Assembly: GCA_965250285.1 (NCBI GenBank)
Contig: OZ252299.1
Span: 512,001-576,000 of the forward strand
DNA: 64,000 bases
Source of the DNA: Myxococcota bacterium
Lineage (GTDB): Bacteria; Myxococcota_A; UBA9160; UBA4427
Direction: 5' to 3'
Numbering within the stretch: the first letter of the stretch is position 1; each line of letters opens with the position of its first letter. Position numbers and translations under genes: made by a program. The notes under the pieces are model-generated. The model was not told the origin of the DNA, made no database searches, and saw only the letters and a list, made by a program, of their open reading frames with translations. Shown here in pieces: positions 31,071 through 40,525 of this stretch.

Positions 31071-32585
31071 ATGACGAGCGTGAGCTGGATCGATCGCGCG
31101 CGCGAGCGCTTCGCCCAAGCGAAAGCGATCACGTGGAGCGGCGGAAGCTGGACGTGGGCCGAGCTCGCCGACCGCGTCGATGCGACCGGCCAAGACCTCG
31201 ACCGGATCGGGGTCGTCGCCGGTGACACCGTGGCGCTCCTGGCCGAGAACGGCCCGGCGTGGGCGCGCTGGCTGCACGCGGCGGCCGTGCGGGGCGTGAC
31301 CCTGCTGCCGCTCAACGCACGCTTGACGCCGGCCGAGCTCGCGTTTCAGCTGGCGGACGCGGGCGCGCGTGCGTGTCTCGTCGGGCCAGATGTCGAGGCC
31401 GACCGCGCGGGTGCGCTCCGCACGCGCGATGCGGCGAGGCCCATCCATCCACTCGACGACACCGGGGCCCTGGATGTCGCTGCGTCGAGCTTCGCCCGTG
31501 CGCCGCGCGACGACATCGGAAAGGGTGCGCCCTTCGAGCCGGAGCGGACGCTCGCGCTGCTCTACACCTCGGGCACGACCGGCCGGCCGAAGGGCGTGCA
31601 GCTGCCGGTGCGCGCCTTCGACGCGAGTGCTCGGGCTTCGCAGCGAAGCGTGCCGCTCGCCGTCGGTGACCGCTGGCTCGTCTGCATGCCGCTCTTCCAC
31701 GTCGGCGGCCTCTCGATCCTCGTGCGCACGGCGATGGCGGGCGCGCGTGCGGTCGTGCACGCCGGCTTCGATCCCGCAGCGGTGAGCCGGGCGCTCGAAG
31801 ACGACGGGGTGACGCACGTCTCGTTCGTCCCGACGATGCTGAAGCGCGTGCTCGACGACCGGGGCGATGCACCGGCGCCGGCGTCGCTTCGCTGTGTGCT
31901 ACTCGGCGGAGGCGCCGCCGAGCCGGCTCTCATCGAACGGGCCTGGTCGCTCGGCTACCCCGTCGTGCCGACCTATGGCTTGACCGAGGCGTGCAGTCAG
32001 GTCGCGACACGCTCGCCCGACGATCGCGTCGAGCCCGTGACCGGGCGGCTCCGCGTGCTCGAGGGCCTCGAGGTCGGCGTGCGCGATGGCGCCGGCGTCC
32101 TGCGGTCTGCGAGCGCGGAGGGCGAGCTGTGTCTTCGCGGCGCGACGGTGGCCTCGGGCTACGCGGGGCACGCCGCCGGTCGGGCCATCGTCGACGCGGA
32201 GGGCTGGCTCTCGACGGGCGACCTCGGGCGCCTCGACGCCGACGGCCGCGTCGAGGTGATCGACCGACGCGATGATCTGATCGTGAGCGGCGGTGAGAAC
32301 GTGTATCCGGCCGAGGTCGAGCAGGCCCTGCTTACACATGCGTCGGTGGCCGATGCGGCGGTGGTGGCGCGCCCCGACAGCGAGTTCGGCGCGCGACCGG
32401 TCGCGTTCGTCGTGCCGGCAGCGGGGGCGTCGATGCCCGCGTCGGCGACACTCGAGGCGTACCTGCGTGCGCGTCTCGCGGCGTACAAGGTGCCGGTCGC
32501 GTTTCGCTCGATGCGCGAGCTGCCCCGCACCGCGTCGGGCAAGGTCAGACGCGTCGAGCTGCGCGAACGCGCGGCGCGCGACTAG
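31071..32585 (+). CDS. menE: o-Succinylbenzoate-CoA ligase
   Basis: YTSGTTGRPKG, PLFHVGG, YGLTE, TGDLG, SGGENVYP; operon context. Confidence 0.88.
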   Translation: MTSVSWIDRARERFAQAKAITWSGGSWTWAELADRVDATGQDLDRIGVVAGDTVALLAENGPAWARWLHAAAVRGVTLLPLNARLTPAELAFQLADAGARACLVGPDVEADRAGALRTRDAARPIHPLDDTGALDVAASSFARAPRDDIGKGAPFEPERTLALLYTSGTTGRPKGVQLPVRAFDASARASQRSVPLAVGDRWLVCMPLFHVGGLSILVRTAMAGARAVVHAGFDPAAVSRALEDDGVTHVSFVPTMLKRVLDDRGDAPAPASLRCVLLGGGAAEPALIERAWSLGYPVVPTYGLTEACSQVATRSPDDRVEPVTGRLRVLEGLEVGVRDGAGVLRSASAEGELCLRGATVASGYAGHAAGRAIVDAEGWLSTGDLGRLDADGRVEVIDRRDDLIVSGGENVYPAEVEQALLTHASVADAAVVARPDSEFGARPVAFVVPAAGASMPASATLEAYLRARLAAYKVPVAFRSMRELPRTASGKVRRVELRERAARD

Positions 32586-33337
32586 AGGCTGGGCGCGGCC
32601 TCGGTCAGCTGCTTCTCGCCGAGCTCTTCGGCCACGATCTCACGCACGTGCTCGGTCAAATCCTCGGCCGATTTGCCCTCGAAGGTCTCGGGGAGGATGG
32701 GATCGAGGATCACCACCTCGATCTCGTGCCGGCCCTGCAGGACGAAACCGCGCTTGGGCAGCGCGTTGCCGCTGCCCATCAGCACGATGGGCTGGATCGG
32801 CACGCGCGACGCGAGCGCGAGCTCGAAGGCGCCGGTCTTCCAGGTGCGCATCCGTCCACTGGTCGAGCGCGTCCCTTCCGGAAACATCATGATCGAGCTG
32901 CCGGCCGCGAGGGTCTGCTCGCAGGCGCGCATCATGCGGACCACGCTCTCTCGGTCGCCGCGGCGCAGCGGGATGTACTGGTTGAGCCGCATGTTCCAGC
33001 CGATGCACGGCACCCTGAAGTTCTCGATCTTCGAGACCCACTTGAAGTGCGTGAACAGACGAAACAGGATCAGGATGTCGAGCAGCGACAGATGGTTGGC
33101 GACCATCACGGTCGGCCCGCCGCGATGCAGCCGCTCGCGATGCCGAACGCGCACCCGCCAGACGGGATTCAGCCAGGTGTAGAGCGAAGCCCAGAAGCAG
33201 GTGAACTGGTGGAGCACGACCTTGCGTCGATCGAAGGGCAGCGTCACCGCCCAGACGATCACGGCGATCGGAAACATCACGAGCGAGCTCACCGTGATGA
33301 AGGCCCAGAACAGCAGCGACAGCGTCTTCGCAAGCAC
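32582..33337 (-). CDS. 1-acyl-sn-glycerol-3-phosphate acyltransferase (PlsC family)
   Basis: NHLSLLD, FPEGTRS; likely GTG start at 33337. Confidence 0.88.
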   Translation of the reverse strand: MLAKTLSLLFWAFITVSSLVMFPIAVIVWAVTLPFDRRKVVLHQFTCFWASLYTWLNPVWRVRVRHRERLHRGGPTVMVANHLSLLDILILFRLFTHFKWVSKIENFRVPCIGWNMRLNQYIPLRRGDRESVVRMMRACEQTLAAGSSIMMFPEGTRSTSGRMRTWKTGAFELALASRVPIQPIVLMGSGNALPKRGFVLQGRHEIEVVILDPILPETFEGKSAEDLTEHVREIVAEELGEKQLTEAAPSL

Positions 33338-33422
33338 GGCCGGAGTGTAGCAGCACCGGCACACCCGCTCGCGCGCGCCGGGGCTGCGCGCGCGCCGCGT
33401 CCGATCCGGCCGGGGTGCAAAC

Positions 33423-34127
33423 TCACCCGCTGCGGCAAGCGTCGACGAACGTTCGGAAGAGGGCCGCCGAGCCTTCGCCCGGCAGCTTCTCGGGATGCCA
33501 CTGAACGCCGACCAAGAAGCCGTCTTCGCCCTCGAACCCCTCGATCACGCCGTCTTCGGCCCGGGCGGTGACACGTGATCCGTCCCCGATTCGTGCGATG
33601 GCCTGGTGGTGGAGACTGTTGACGGTCGGGCCATCCGCCGCGCGTTCGAGGCAGGCCGCGAGCACGCTGTCCGGCTCGACCACCAGGCGGTGCCGGCCGT
33701 CGGCCTCGGGCAGCTGATGGTTCATCGCGCCCGGGCAGTCGACGGGGATGTGATGGTGAAGCGCGCCCCCGGTTTCGAGGGCGATCAGCTGCGCGCCATA
33801 GCAGATGCCGAGGATCGGCAGGCCGCGCGCGCGTGCCGCTTGGAGCAGCGCGCGATCGAACGCGATCTGGGGCTCGGGCGCGAGATCGAAGTCGACGCCC
33901 GGATACGGAGCGTCGGGCGCGAAGTCGTCGCCGCCGGGCAAGAGCAGCCCGTCGACGCGATCGATCAGCTCGGCGGGCGCGCCCTGCATGGGCAGGTGGA
34001 CGGCGAGGCCGCCCGCTGCGTCGATCGCGCGCGTGTACGCATGGTCGGCATAGACGTAGATGCGCCCCGCGCGCCAGCGCTCGCGGTCGTCGACGCACGG
34101 AGGGATGCCGATGAGAGGCGGCTTCAC
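33423..34127 (-). CDS. Peptidase C26 / gamma-glutamyl-GABA hydrolase family
   Basis: KPPLIGI, LLLPGGDD, GICYGAQ, VNSLHHQA, VQWHPE. Confidence 0.88.
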   Translation of the reverse strand: MKPPLIGIPPCVDDRERWRAGRIYVYADHAYTRAIDAAGGLAVHLPMQGAPAELIDRVDGLLLPGGDDFAPDAPYPGVDFDLAPEPQIAFDRALLQAARARGLPILGICYGAQLIALETGGALHHHIPVDCPGAMNHQLPEADGRHRLVVEPDSVLAACLERAADGPTVNSLHHQAIARIGDGSRVTARAEDGVIEGFEGEDGFLVGVQWHPEKLPGEGSAALFRTFVDACRSG

Positions 34128-34194
34128 GACGTCAGTATAGGCAGCGGAACGCGGCTCGGTGTCTTCGCGCGCCCCGGTCTGGCATGCTCCGCCC

Positions 34195-35061
34195 ATGGCA
34201 CGCTTGTTGGTGGTCGGATGTGGATACGTTGGCTCGGTGCTCGCAGAACGCGCGGTCGCCGAGGGCGACGAAGTGTTCGGGGTGCGGCGCAGCGAGGCGG
34301 TGCTGCCGGAAGGCGTGACGCCGATCCGCACGGATGTGGGCGAGCCGCTCGCAGCGGGCGTGCTGCCCGAGGCGATCGACCTCGTCGTCTATGCGGTGGC
34401 GGCGAAGTCGCGCGACGAAGCGGTCTACCGGCGCGCCTACGTCGAGGGGTTGCGCCACGTGATCGAGGCGTTCGACCAGGCCGCGCAGCATCCGCGCCGG
34501 CTGGTGTTCACCTGCTCGACGGCGGTGTACGGCCAGCGTGACGGAGAGTGGGTCGACGAAGAATCCGCCACCGAGCCGACATCGTTCTCGGGGCGCATCT
34601 TGCTCGAAGCCGAGGCGCTGCTCGCGCAGGCCCCGTTTGCGTGTGCGTCGCTCCGGCTCGGTGGCATCTACGGCCCGGGCCGAGCTTCACGGCTGCGGTC
34701 GGTGAAGCGGGGCGAGGTGAAGGTGCGCGACGGGGCGCCGCACTACACGAATCGGATCCACCGGGACGATGCCGCCGGAGCGACGCGACACCTGCTGTCG
34801 GTGCCTACGCTGCCGCCGGTCGTCCTCGGCGTCGACGATGCACCCGTCGACGAGGCGACGCTGGCCGACTACATGGCCGATCTCGTCGGTGCGCCGCAAC
34901 CCGAACGCGTGCCGCCCGACGAGGCGACGCCGCCCCGGGCCGGCAGCAAGCGCTGCCGAAACGATCTGCTCAAGTCGCTCGGCTACGCCTTCTCGTACCC
35001 CAGCTACCGGGAAGGCTACGCGTCGCTCCTCGATGAAGTCGAGGCGGAAGCGCCGCGGTGA
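34195..35061 (+). CDS. SDR / NAD-dependent epimerase family oxidoreductase
   Basis: VGCGYVG, STAVYG, RLGGIYGPGR, NRIHRDD. Confidence 0.85.
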   Translation: MARLLVVGCGYVGSVLAERAVAEGDEVFGVRRSEAVLPEGVTPIRTDVGEPLAAGVLPEAIDLVVYAVAAKSRDEAVYRRAYVEGLRHVIEAFDQAAQHPRRLVFTCSTAVYGQRDGEWVDEESATEPTSFSGRILLEAEALLAQAPFACASLRLGGIYGPGRASRLRSVKRGEVKVRDGAPHYTNRIHRDDAAGATRHLLSVPTLPPVVLGVDDAPVDEATLADYMADLVGAPQPERVPPDEATPPRAGSKRCRNDLLKSLGYAFSYPSYREGYASLLDEVEAEAPR

Positions 35062-35993
35062 GCGAGGGGCGCCGCTTCAATCGGGCGTGGCTCGTCGTCA
35101 TCGCCGTGTTCGGCAGCCTGATCGCGATGGAGGGGCTGCTCCAGCTCGCCGCACTCGCGGTCGGTGGCCTTGCAGGCCAGCGATCGATCGAGGCGGGGCA
35201 GGGCGCGGTCATCCTCTGCGTCGGCGACTCCCATACCTACGGGCTGCCGCTGCCCGAGGAAGAGAGCTATCCGAGCCAGCTGCAGGCCGCGCTCGACGCG
35301 CGCCACGGCGTCGGGACGTACCGGGTGGTCAACCTCGGCATTCCGAGCGTCAACTCGGACTTCGTCCTCAATCGCCTCGAGCGACAGATCGTGCAGCTCG
35401 ACCCGGTGCTGGTGATCGTCTGGGTCGGGATCAACAACCTCTGGAACGCCGTCGAACTCGATCAGCAGGGGGATGGCCCGGGGGAGACCTGGCGTCGACT
35501 CACCGGCTGGTCGCGGCTCGCGCGACTGGCGTCGATCGCCTTCTACCAAGGGGCCGGTCACCGCTACGACCCCGATGTGCGCGGCGGATGGTTCGAGGGC
35601 GAGGCGGCTCCATCGGGCGTGGCGGCCGGGCGACGTGAGCTACCGAACCCCGGCCCCGGTCTCGCGCGCGATCTGGTCGCCATGGGCGAGCTCGCGCGCA
35701 GCCATGACCTCCCGATCATGCTGGTGTCGTATCCCCTCGCGAACCAGCGACGGATCAGCCAGGCGATCGCCCACGCCGCAGGCCGCCTGGGCGTGCCCGT
35801 GATCGTCACGCAGGAAGACCTGCATCGTGCGCGGCGCGATGGTCACGAGATGACTGCGCTCGTCGACGAGCGGGCGGGTCCCCATCCTTCAAAGCTGCTG
35901 TACGGCTATGTCGTCGAGTCGATGGTGCCCGTCATCGAGGCGGTGCTCGCTGCGTGGTACGAGACGCCCGATTCGGGGCAGCCCGAGCGCTGA
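35058..35993 (+). CDS. Membrane-anchored SGNH/GDSL hydrolase
   Basis: CVGDSHTYG, NLG, GINN, HP; N-terminal TM. Confidence 0.8.
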   Translation: MSEGRRFNRAWLVVIAVFGSLIAMEGLLQLAALAVGGLAGQRSIEAGQGAVILCVGDSHTYGLPLPEEESYPSQLQAALDARHGVGTYRVVNLGIPSVNSDFVLNRLERQIVQLDPVLVIVWVGINNLWNAVELDQQGDGPGETWRRLTGWSRLARLASIAFYQGAGHRYDPDVRGGWFEGEAAPSGVAAGRRELPNPGPGLARDLVAMGELARSHDLPIMLVSYPLANQRRISQAIAHAAGRLGVPVIVTQEDLHRARRDGHEMTALVDERAGPHPSKLLYGYVVESMVPVIEAVLAAWYETPDSGQPER

Positions 35994-36055
35994 TTGGCAC
36001 GGGCGCCCGCGTTCGCGCAGTCTCCCGACTGGATGTCGAGGGAGCCGCGCCCACC

Positions 36056-37210
36056 ATGCCGAAGAGAGATCGATTCGCTCGCCATGTCGAGGCCATGCCC
36101 GGTGCGGTCTACTCCCCGTTCGCCGATGCGGCCCGACAGCGCGAGGATCACATCCACCCGCTGCACGTCGGCGACACCTGGCGCACCCCCTTCGAAGGCG
36201 GGCGGCTCGAAGACCTGAAGACCCAGTCGCTACCGGGGCTCCACAACTACTGCGATACGCGTGGCTGGCCCGCCCTCGTCGATGCGATCGTCGGCAAGCT
36301 GCGCGAGCGCAACGATCTGATCGTCGAGCGCGAGTCGGTGCTGGTCTCGGCGGGGGCGACGGCGGGGCTCTCGTGCGTTGCCGGCGCGCTGCTCGAGCCC
36401 GGTGACGAGATCATGATCCTGTCACCCTTCTGGCCGCTGATTCGCGGCATCGTTCAGGCGTTCGGCGGCACGCCGGTGGAGGTGCCGTTCTACGACCGGG
36501 TGACGAGCGCCCAGTCGGCCGTCGACGTCGTGCGCGCCCATCTCAGCGAGCGGAGTGTCGCGCTCTATGTCTCGACGCCGTCGAACCCGACCGGCGCCGT
36601 GCTGCCGGGCGATTGGCTCGAAGCGCTGGCGGGCTTCGCGCGAGAAGCCGATCTCTGGCTGATCTCCGACGAGGTGTACGAGTCGCTCGTCTACGGCGGC
36701 GAACACGTGTCGATGGGGCGTTTCGCTCCGGAGCGGACGGTGAGCACGTTCAGCTTCTCAAAGACGTATGGCATGGCGGGCAACCGCGTGGGCTACGTGG
36801 TCGGGCCGCCCGCACTGATCGAACAGGCGCGCAAGATCGGCACGCACACGTACTACAACGCGCCGACCGGGCCACAGGTCTCGGCGCTGCGGGCGCTCGA
36901 GTCGGGCGACGCCTGGGTCGATGCAGCCCGCAAGAGCTACGCAGACGTGGGCCAGCGCTGTGCCGAGCGGCTCCACCTGCCTGCGCCGGGCGGATCGACC
37001 TTTCTCTTCGTCGACGTCGCCGACCAGGTCGACGAACGCGGTCTAGACGGCCTGCTCGCGGATCTGTTCGATGACGGCGTGCTGGTCGCGCCGGGGGCTT
37101 CGAGCGGACGGGGCTACGAGCAATGGATCCGGCTCTGCTACACGGCCGAGCCGCCCGACCTCGTCATCGAGGCGGTCGAGCGCGTGGCCCGGCGGCTCGG
37201 TCGAGCTTGA
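36056..37210 (+). CDS. PLP-dependent aminotransferase class I/II
   Basis: PSNPTG, SDEVY, SFSKTYGMAGNRVG. Confidence 0.88.
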   Translation: MPKRDRFARHVEAMPGAVYSPFADAARQREDHIHPLHVGDTWRTPFEGGRLEDLKTQSLPGLHNYCDTRGWPALVDAIVGKLRERNDLIVERESVLVSAGATAGLSCVAGALLEPGDEIMILSPFWPLIRGIVQAFGGTPVEVPFYDRVTSAQSAVDVVRAHLSERSVALYVSTPSNPTGAVLPGDWLEALAGFAREADLWLISDEVYESLVYGGEHVSMGRFAPERTVSTFSFSKTYGMAGNRVGYVVGPPALIEQARKIGTHTYYNAPTGPQVSALRALESGDAWVDAARKSYADVGQRCAERLHLPAPGGSTFLFVDVADQVDERGLDGLLADLFDDGVLVAPGASSGRGYEQWIRLCYTAEPPDLVIEAVERVARRLGRA

Positions 37211-37368
37211 ATGCCGGGGCGTGAGTCGCGCCCGCTTCGGCCTGCTAGAGTCGAGAGCCCCGCTGCAAGCGCGCCGCGACCCGGTCCATCGGCCCGGGCC
37301 CGTCCGCGGCGACCGCAGTCGTTCACGATCTCATCGCAAGACACGCGAAGACGATGAAGGAGCGCCTC

Positions 37369-38673
37369 ATGTCCGAAGAGACCCCCCAGCGCCTCGGTAC
37401 CGTTGCCCTGCACGGCGGCCAGGAGCCCGACCCGACGACGAACTCGCGCGCCGTGCCGATCTACGCCACGACATCGTACGTGTTCAACGACACCGAACAC
37501 GCCGCCGCGCTCTTCGGCCTCGCCGAGCTCGGCAACATCTATACGCGCATCATGAACCCGACCCAGGACGTGCTCGAGCAGCGCCTCGCCGCGCTCGACG
37601 GGGGCGTGGGCGCGCTCGCGCTGGCGAGCGGGCAGGCGGCGATCAACGCCGCGCTGCTCACGATCTGCCACTCGGGCCAGAACTTCATCTCGTCGACGAG
37701 CCTGTACGGCGGCACCTGGACCCTCTTTACGCAGACGTTCAAGAACATGGGCATCGAGGTGCGCTTCTTCGATCCCGATCATCCCGAGCAGATCGATGAG
37801 CTGGTCGACGAGAACACGCGCTGTGTCTATCTCGAGTCGATCGGCAATCCCAAGAACGACGTGCCCGACTTCCGGGCCCTGTCCGACAAGGCCCACGCCC
37901 ACGGCTTGCCGGTGATCGTCGACAACACGGTGATGACGCCGGCGCTGCTTCGGCCCAAGGATCACGGCTGCGACATCGTGATCTACTCGCTGACGAAGTT
38001 CATCGGTGGTCACGGCACGCACATCGGCGGCGCCATCGTCGACCTCGGTACGTTCCAGTGGGCCGATGATCGAGACAAGTGGCCCGAGTTCTGCTCGCCG
38101 AGTCCGTCGTACCACGGCGCGGTCTTCGTCGACGCGCTCGCGCCGATGGGCAATATCGCCTTCATCATGCACGTGCGGACGCACTGGCTGAGGGATACCG
38201 GTGGCGCGATCTCGCCCTTCGGCGCCTTCCTCTTCCTTCAGGGGCTCGAGACCCTGCATCTGCGGATGCCGCGTCACTGCGACAATGCGATGGCGATCGC
38301 GCGCTACCTCGAGCAGCACGAAGCGGTCGAGTGGGTCAACTACCCGGGCCTCGAGAGCCACAGCCACTACGAGAACGCGCAGAAGTTCCTGCCCGACGGC
38401 GCCGGCGCGATCATCGGCTTCGGCATCAAGGGCGGCATGGAGGCGGGCAAGAAGTTCGTGAACTCGTGCAAGCTGCTGAGCCACCTGGCGAACATCGGCG
38501 ACGCCAAGAGCCTGGTGATCCACCCGGCGTCGACGACGCACTCGCAGCTCACGCCCGAGGAGCAGGAGCAGACGGGTGTGACGGCGGACTACGTTCGGCT
38601 TTCGATCGGCATCGAAGATGCCGAGGACATCAAGGCCGACATCGACCAGGCGCTCGCGGCTTCGCAGGCTTGA
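37369..38673 (+). CDS. metY: O-acetylhomoserine aminocarboxypropyltransferase (sulfhydrylase)
   Basis: [46 protein letters not shown]. Confidence 0.93.
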   Translation: MSEETPQRLGTVALHGGQEPDPTTNSRAVPIYATTSYVFNDTEHAAALFGLAELGNIYTRIMNPTQDVLEQRLAALDGGVGALALASGQAAINAALLTICHSGQNFISSTSLYGGTWTLFTQTFKNMGIEVRFFDPDHPEQIDELVDENTRCVYLESIGNPKNDVPDFRALSDKAHAHGLPVIVDNTVMTPALLRPKDHGCDIVIYSLTKFIGGHGTHIGGAIVDLGTFQWADDRDKWPEFCSPSPSYHGAVFVDALAPMGNIAFIMHVRTHWLRDTGGAISPFGAFLFLQGLETLHLRMPRHCDNAMAIARYLEQHEAVEWVNYPGLESHSHYENAQKFLPDGAGAIIGFGIKGGMEAGKKFVNSCKLLSHLANIGDAKSLVIHPASTTHSQLTPEEQEQTGVTADYVRLSIGIEDAEDIKADIDQALAASQA

Positions 38674-38728
38674 GGATCGAGGCGACTGGCGCGGCGCCCA
38701 TGTGCGCCGCGCCGTCGCCGGTTCGCCG

Positions 38729-40525
38729 ATGGCTTCGTTCTCGAGCAGCGACAGCAACCGATCGGCGCGTCCGCTGCGCCACGCGCGTCGGTTCGAGCTG
38801 AAAGAGCCGCTCCAGCTCGAGGGCGGGGGCGAGCTCGACCGCGTCCGCATCGCCTACGAGACGTGGGGCACGCTCGACGAGGCGGGTGGCAACGCGATCC
38901 TCGTCTGTCATGCGCTTTCGGGTGATTCGCACGCAGCTCGCCACGATCAGGACGATGACCCGGGCTGGTGGGATGTGATGATCGGCCCGGGCAAGCCGAT
39001 CGACACCGATCGGTACTTCGTCGTCTGCGCGAACGTGCTGGGTGGCTGCCGAGGCTCGACGGGGCCCGACAGCCGACACCCCGAGACCGACGAGCGCTAC
39101 GGCGCCGACTTCCCACCCATCACCATCGGCGACATGGTCGAGACGCAGCTGCAGCTGCTCGACCATCTGGGCGTGGGCGAGCTCGTGTCGGTCGTGGGCG
39201 GCAGCCTCGGCGGCCACCAGGCCCTCGCCTGGGGCGAGCGCGGCGCGCACCGCACACGATCGATCATCGCCATGGCGACGTCGCCGCGGCTCACGGCCCA
39301 GGCGATCGCGTTCGACGTGGTCGGTCGCAACGCGATCCTGCGCGATCCGAACTTTGCCGGTGGGCGCTACGCCGAGACGACGGTCCGTCCCCAGGTCGGG
39401 CTCGCGCTCGCGCGCATGCTGGGGCACATCACCTATCTCTCGCGCGAAGCGATGGACGCACGCTTCGATCCGGCCGACACCGCGCCCCGCGACGTCGCGA
39501 GTGAGTTCGAGCGCAAGTTCTCGGTCGGCTCGTACCTGGCCCACCAGGGCGAGCGCTTCGTCGAACGATTCGACGCGAACAGCTACATGACGCTGTCGCT
39601 CGCGATGGATCGTTTCGATCTCGGCGGCACCCCGGCCGCCATTCGCGCGCGTCTGGGCGAAGCCGACGTGCGCTGGCTCATCGTGAGCTTCAGCAGCGAT
39701 TGGCTCTTTCCACCCTACCAGTCTCGAATGGTGGTCGATGCCCTCGTGCCTGCGGGCGGCGACATCACCTACTGCGAGATCGAGACCGACTGTGGTCACG
39801 ATGCGTTCCTGCTCGAGGACGACATCGCCGAGTATGGCGGTCTCGTGCGCGCCTTCCTCGATCCCGACGACTTCGACCCCGATGGCCCCCAGCCGATTCA
39901 GCGCCCCAGCCAGGTGGTCGGCACCGGGCACCCGGTCGACGACGCGATCCTCGAGCTGCTCGAGCCCAGTGACGCCATTCTCGACCTGGGCTGCGGCGGG
40001 GGCGGCCTCATGGGGATGGCGCGCCGGCGCGGACACGCGCGCGTGATGGGCGTCGAGCTCGCGTGCGACGCCGTGATCGAGTGCGCCGGACACGATCTGC
40101 CCGTCATCCAGGCGGATCTCGACCAGGGGCTGGGCTCGTTCGCCGACGGGCAGTTCGACGTCGTCGTCCTCTCGCAGACGCTGCAGCTGGTGAACCACGT
40201 CGAGGCGCTGCTCGACGAGATGCTGCGCGTGGGGCGTCGCGCGATCGTGAGCTTCTCGAATGCGAGCCGGGCTTCGAATCGGCGGCGGCTCGGCGAAGAG
40301 GGGCGCGCGCCGCAGCCGCTCGCCTTCGAGCATCCCGACGTCTTCGAAGCCCCGCCCATGCGGCAGTTCTCGATTCGCGACTTCGAGGGGCTGTGCGAAC
40401 GCATGGGTCTCGAGGTCGAACGGCGGCTCGGCCTGAGAGGGCGCGAAGGCGACATGGCCGAGGGCGAGCTCGACGACGACGTCGACGTCGCGATCTTCGT
40501 CCTCAGGCGCGGACCGGCGAGCTGA
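38729..40525 (+). CDS. metX: Homoserine O-acyltransferase MetX fused to a MetW-like methyltransferase-fold domain
   Basis: CHALSGD, GGSLGG, SSDWLF, GHDAFL, then DLGCG, ADLDQGL, LSQTLQ. Confidence 0.88.
   Translation: MASFSSSDSNRSARPLRHARRFELKEPLQLEGGGELDRVRIAYETWGTLDEAGGNAILVCHALSGDSHAARHDQDDDPGWWDVMIGPGKPIDTDRYFVVCANVLGGCRGSTGPDSRHPETDERYGADFPPITIGDMVETQLQLLDHLGVGELVSVVGGSLGGHQALAWGERGAHRTRSIIAMATSPRLTAQAIAFDVVGRNAILRDPNFAGGRYAETTVRPQVGLALARMLGHITYLSREAMDARFDPADTAPRDVASEFERKFSVGSYLAHQGERFVERFDANSYMTLSLAMDRFDLGGTPAAIRARLGEADVRWLIVSFSSDWLFPPYQSRMVVDALVPAGGDITYCEIETDCGHDAFLLEDDIAEYGGLVRAFLDPDDFDPDGPQPIQRPSQVVGTGHPVDDAILELLEPSDAILDLGCGGGGLMGMARRRGHARVMGVELACDAVIECAGHDLPVIQADLDQGLGSFADGQFDVVVLSQTLQLVNHVEALLDEMLRVGRRAIVSFSNASRASNRRRLGEEGRAPQPLAFEHPDVFEAPPMRQFSIRDFEGLCERMGLEVERRLGLRGREGDMAEGELDDDVDVAIFVLRRGPAS

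Noticed and set aside
37211..37368. SAM or SAH riboswitch upstream of metY
   Set aside because: I could not match the conserved cores by eye; an Rfam scan would be needed
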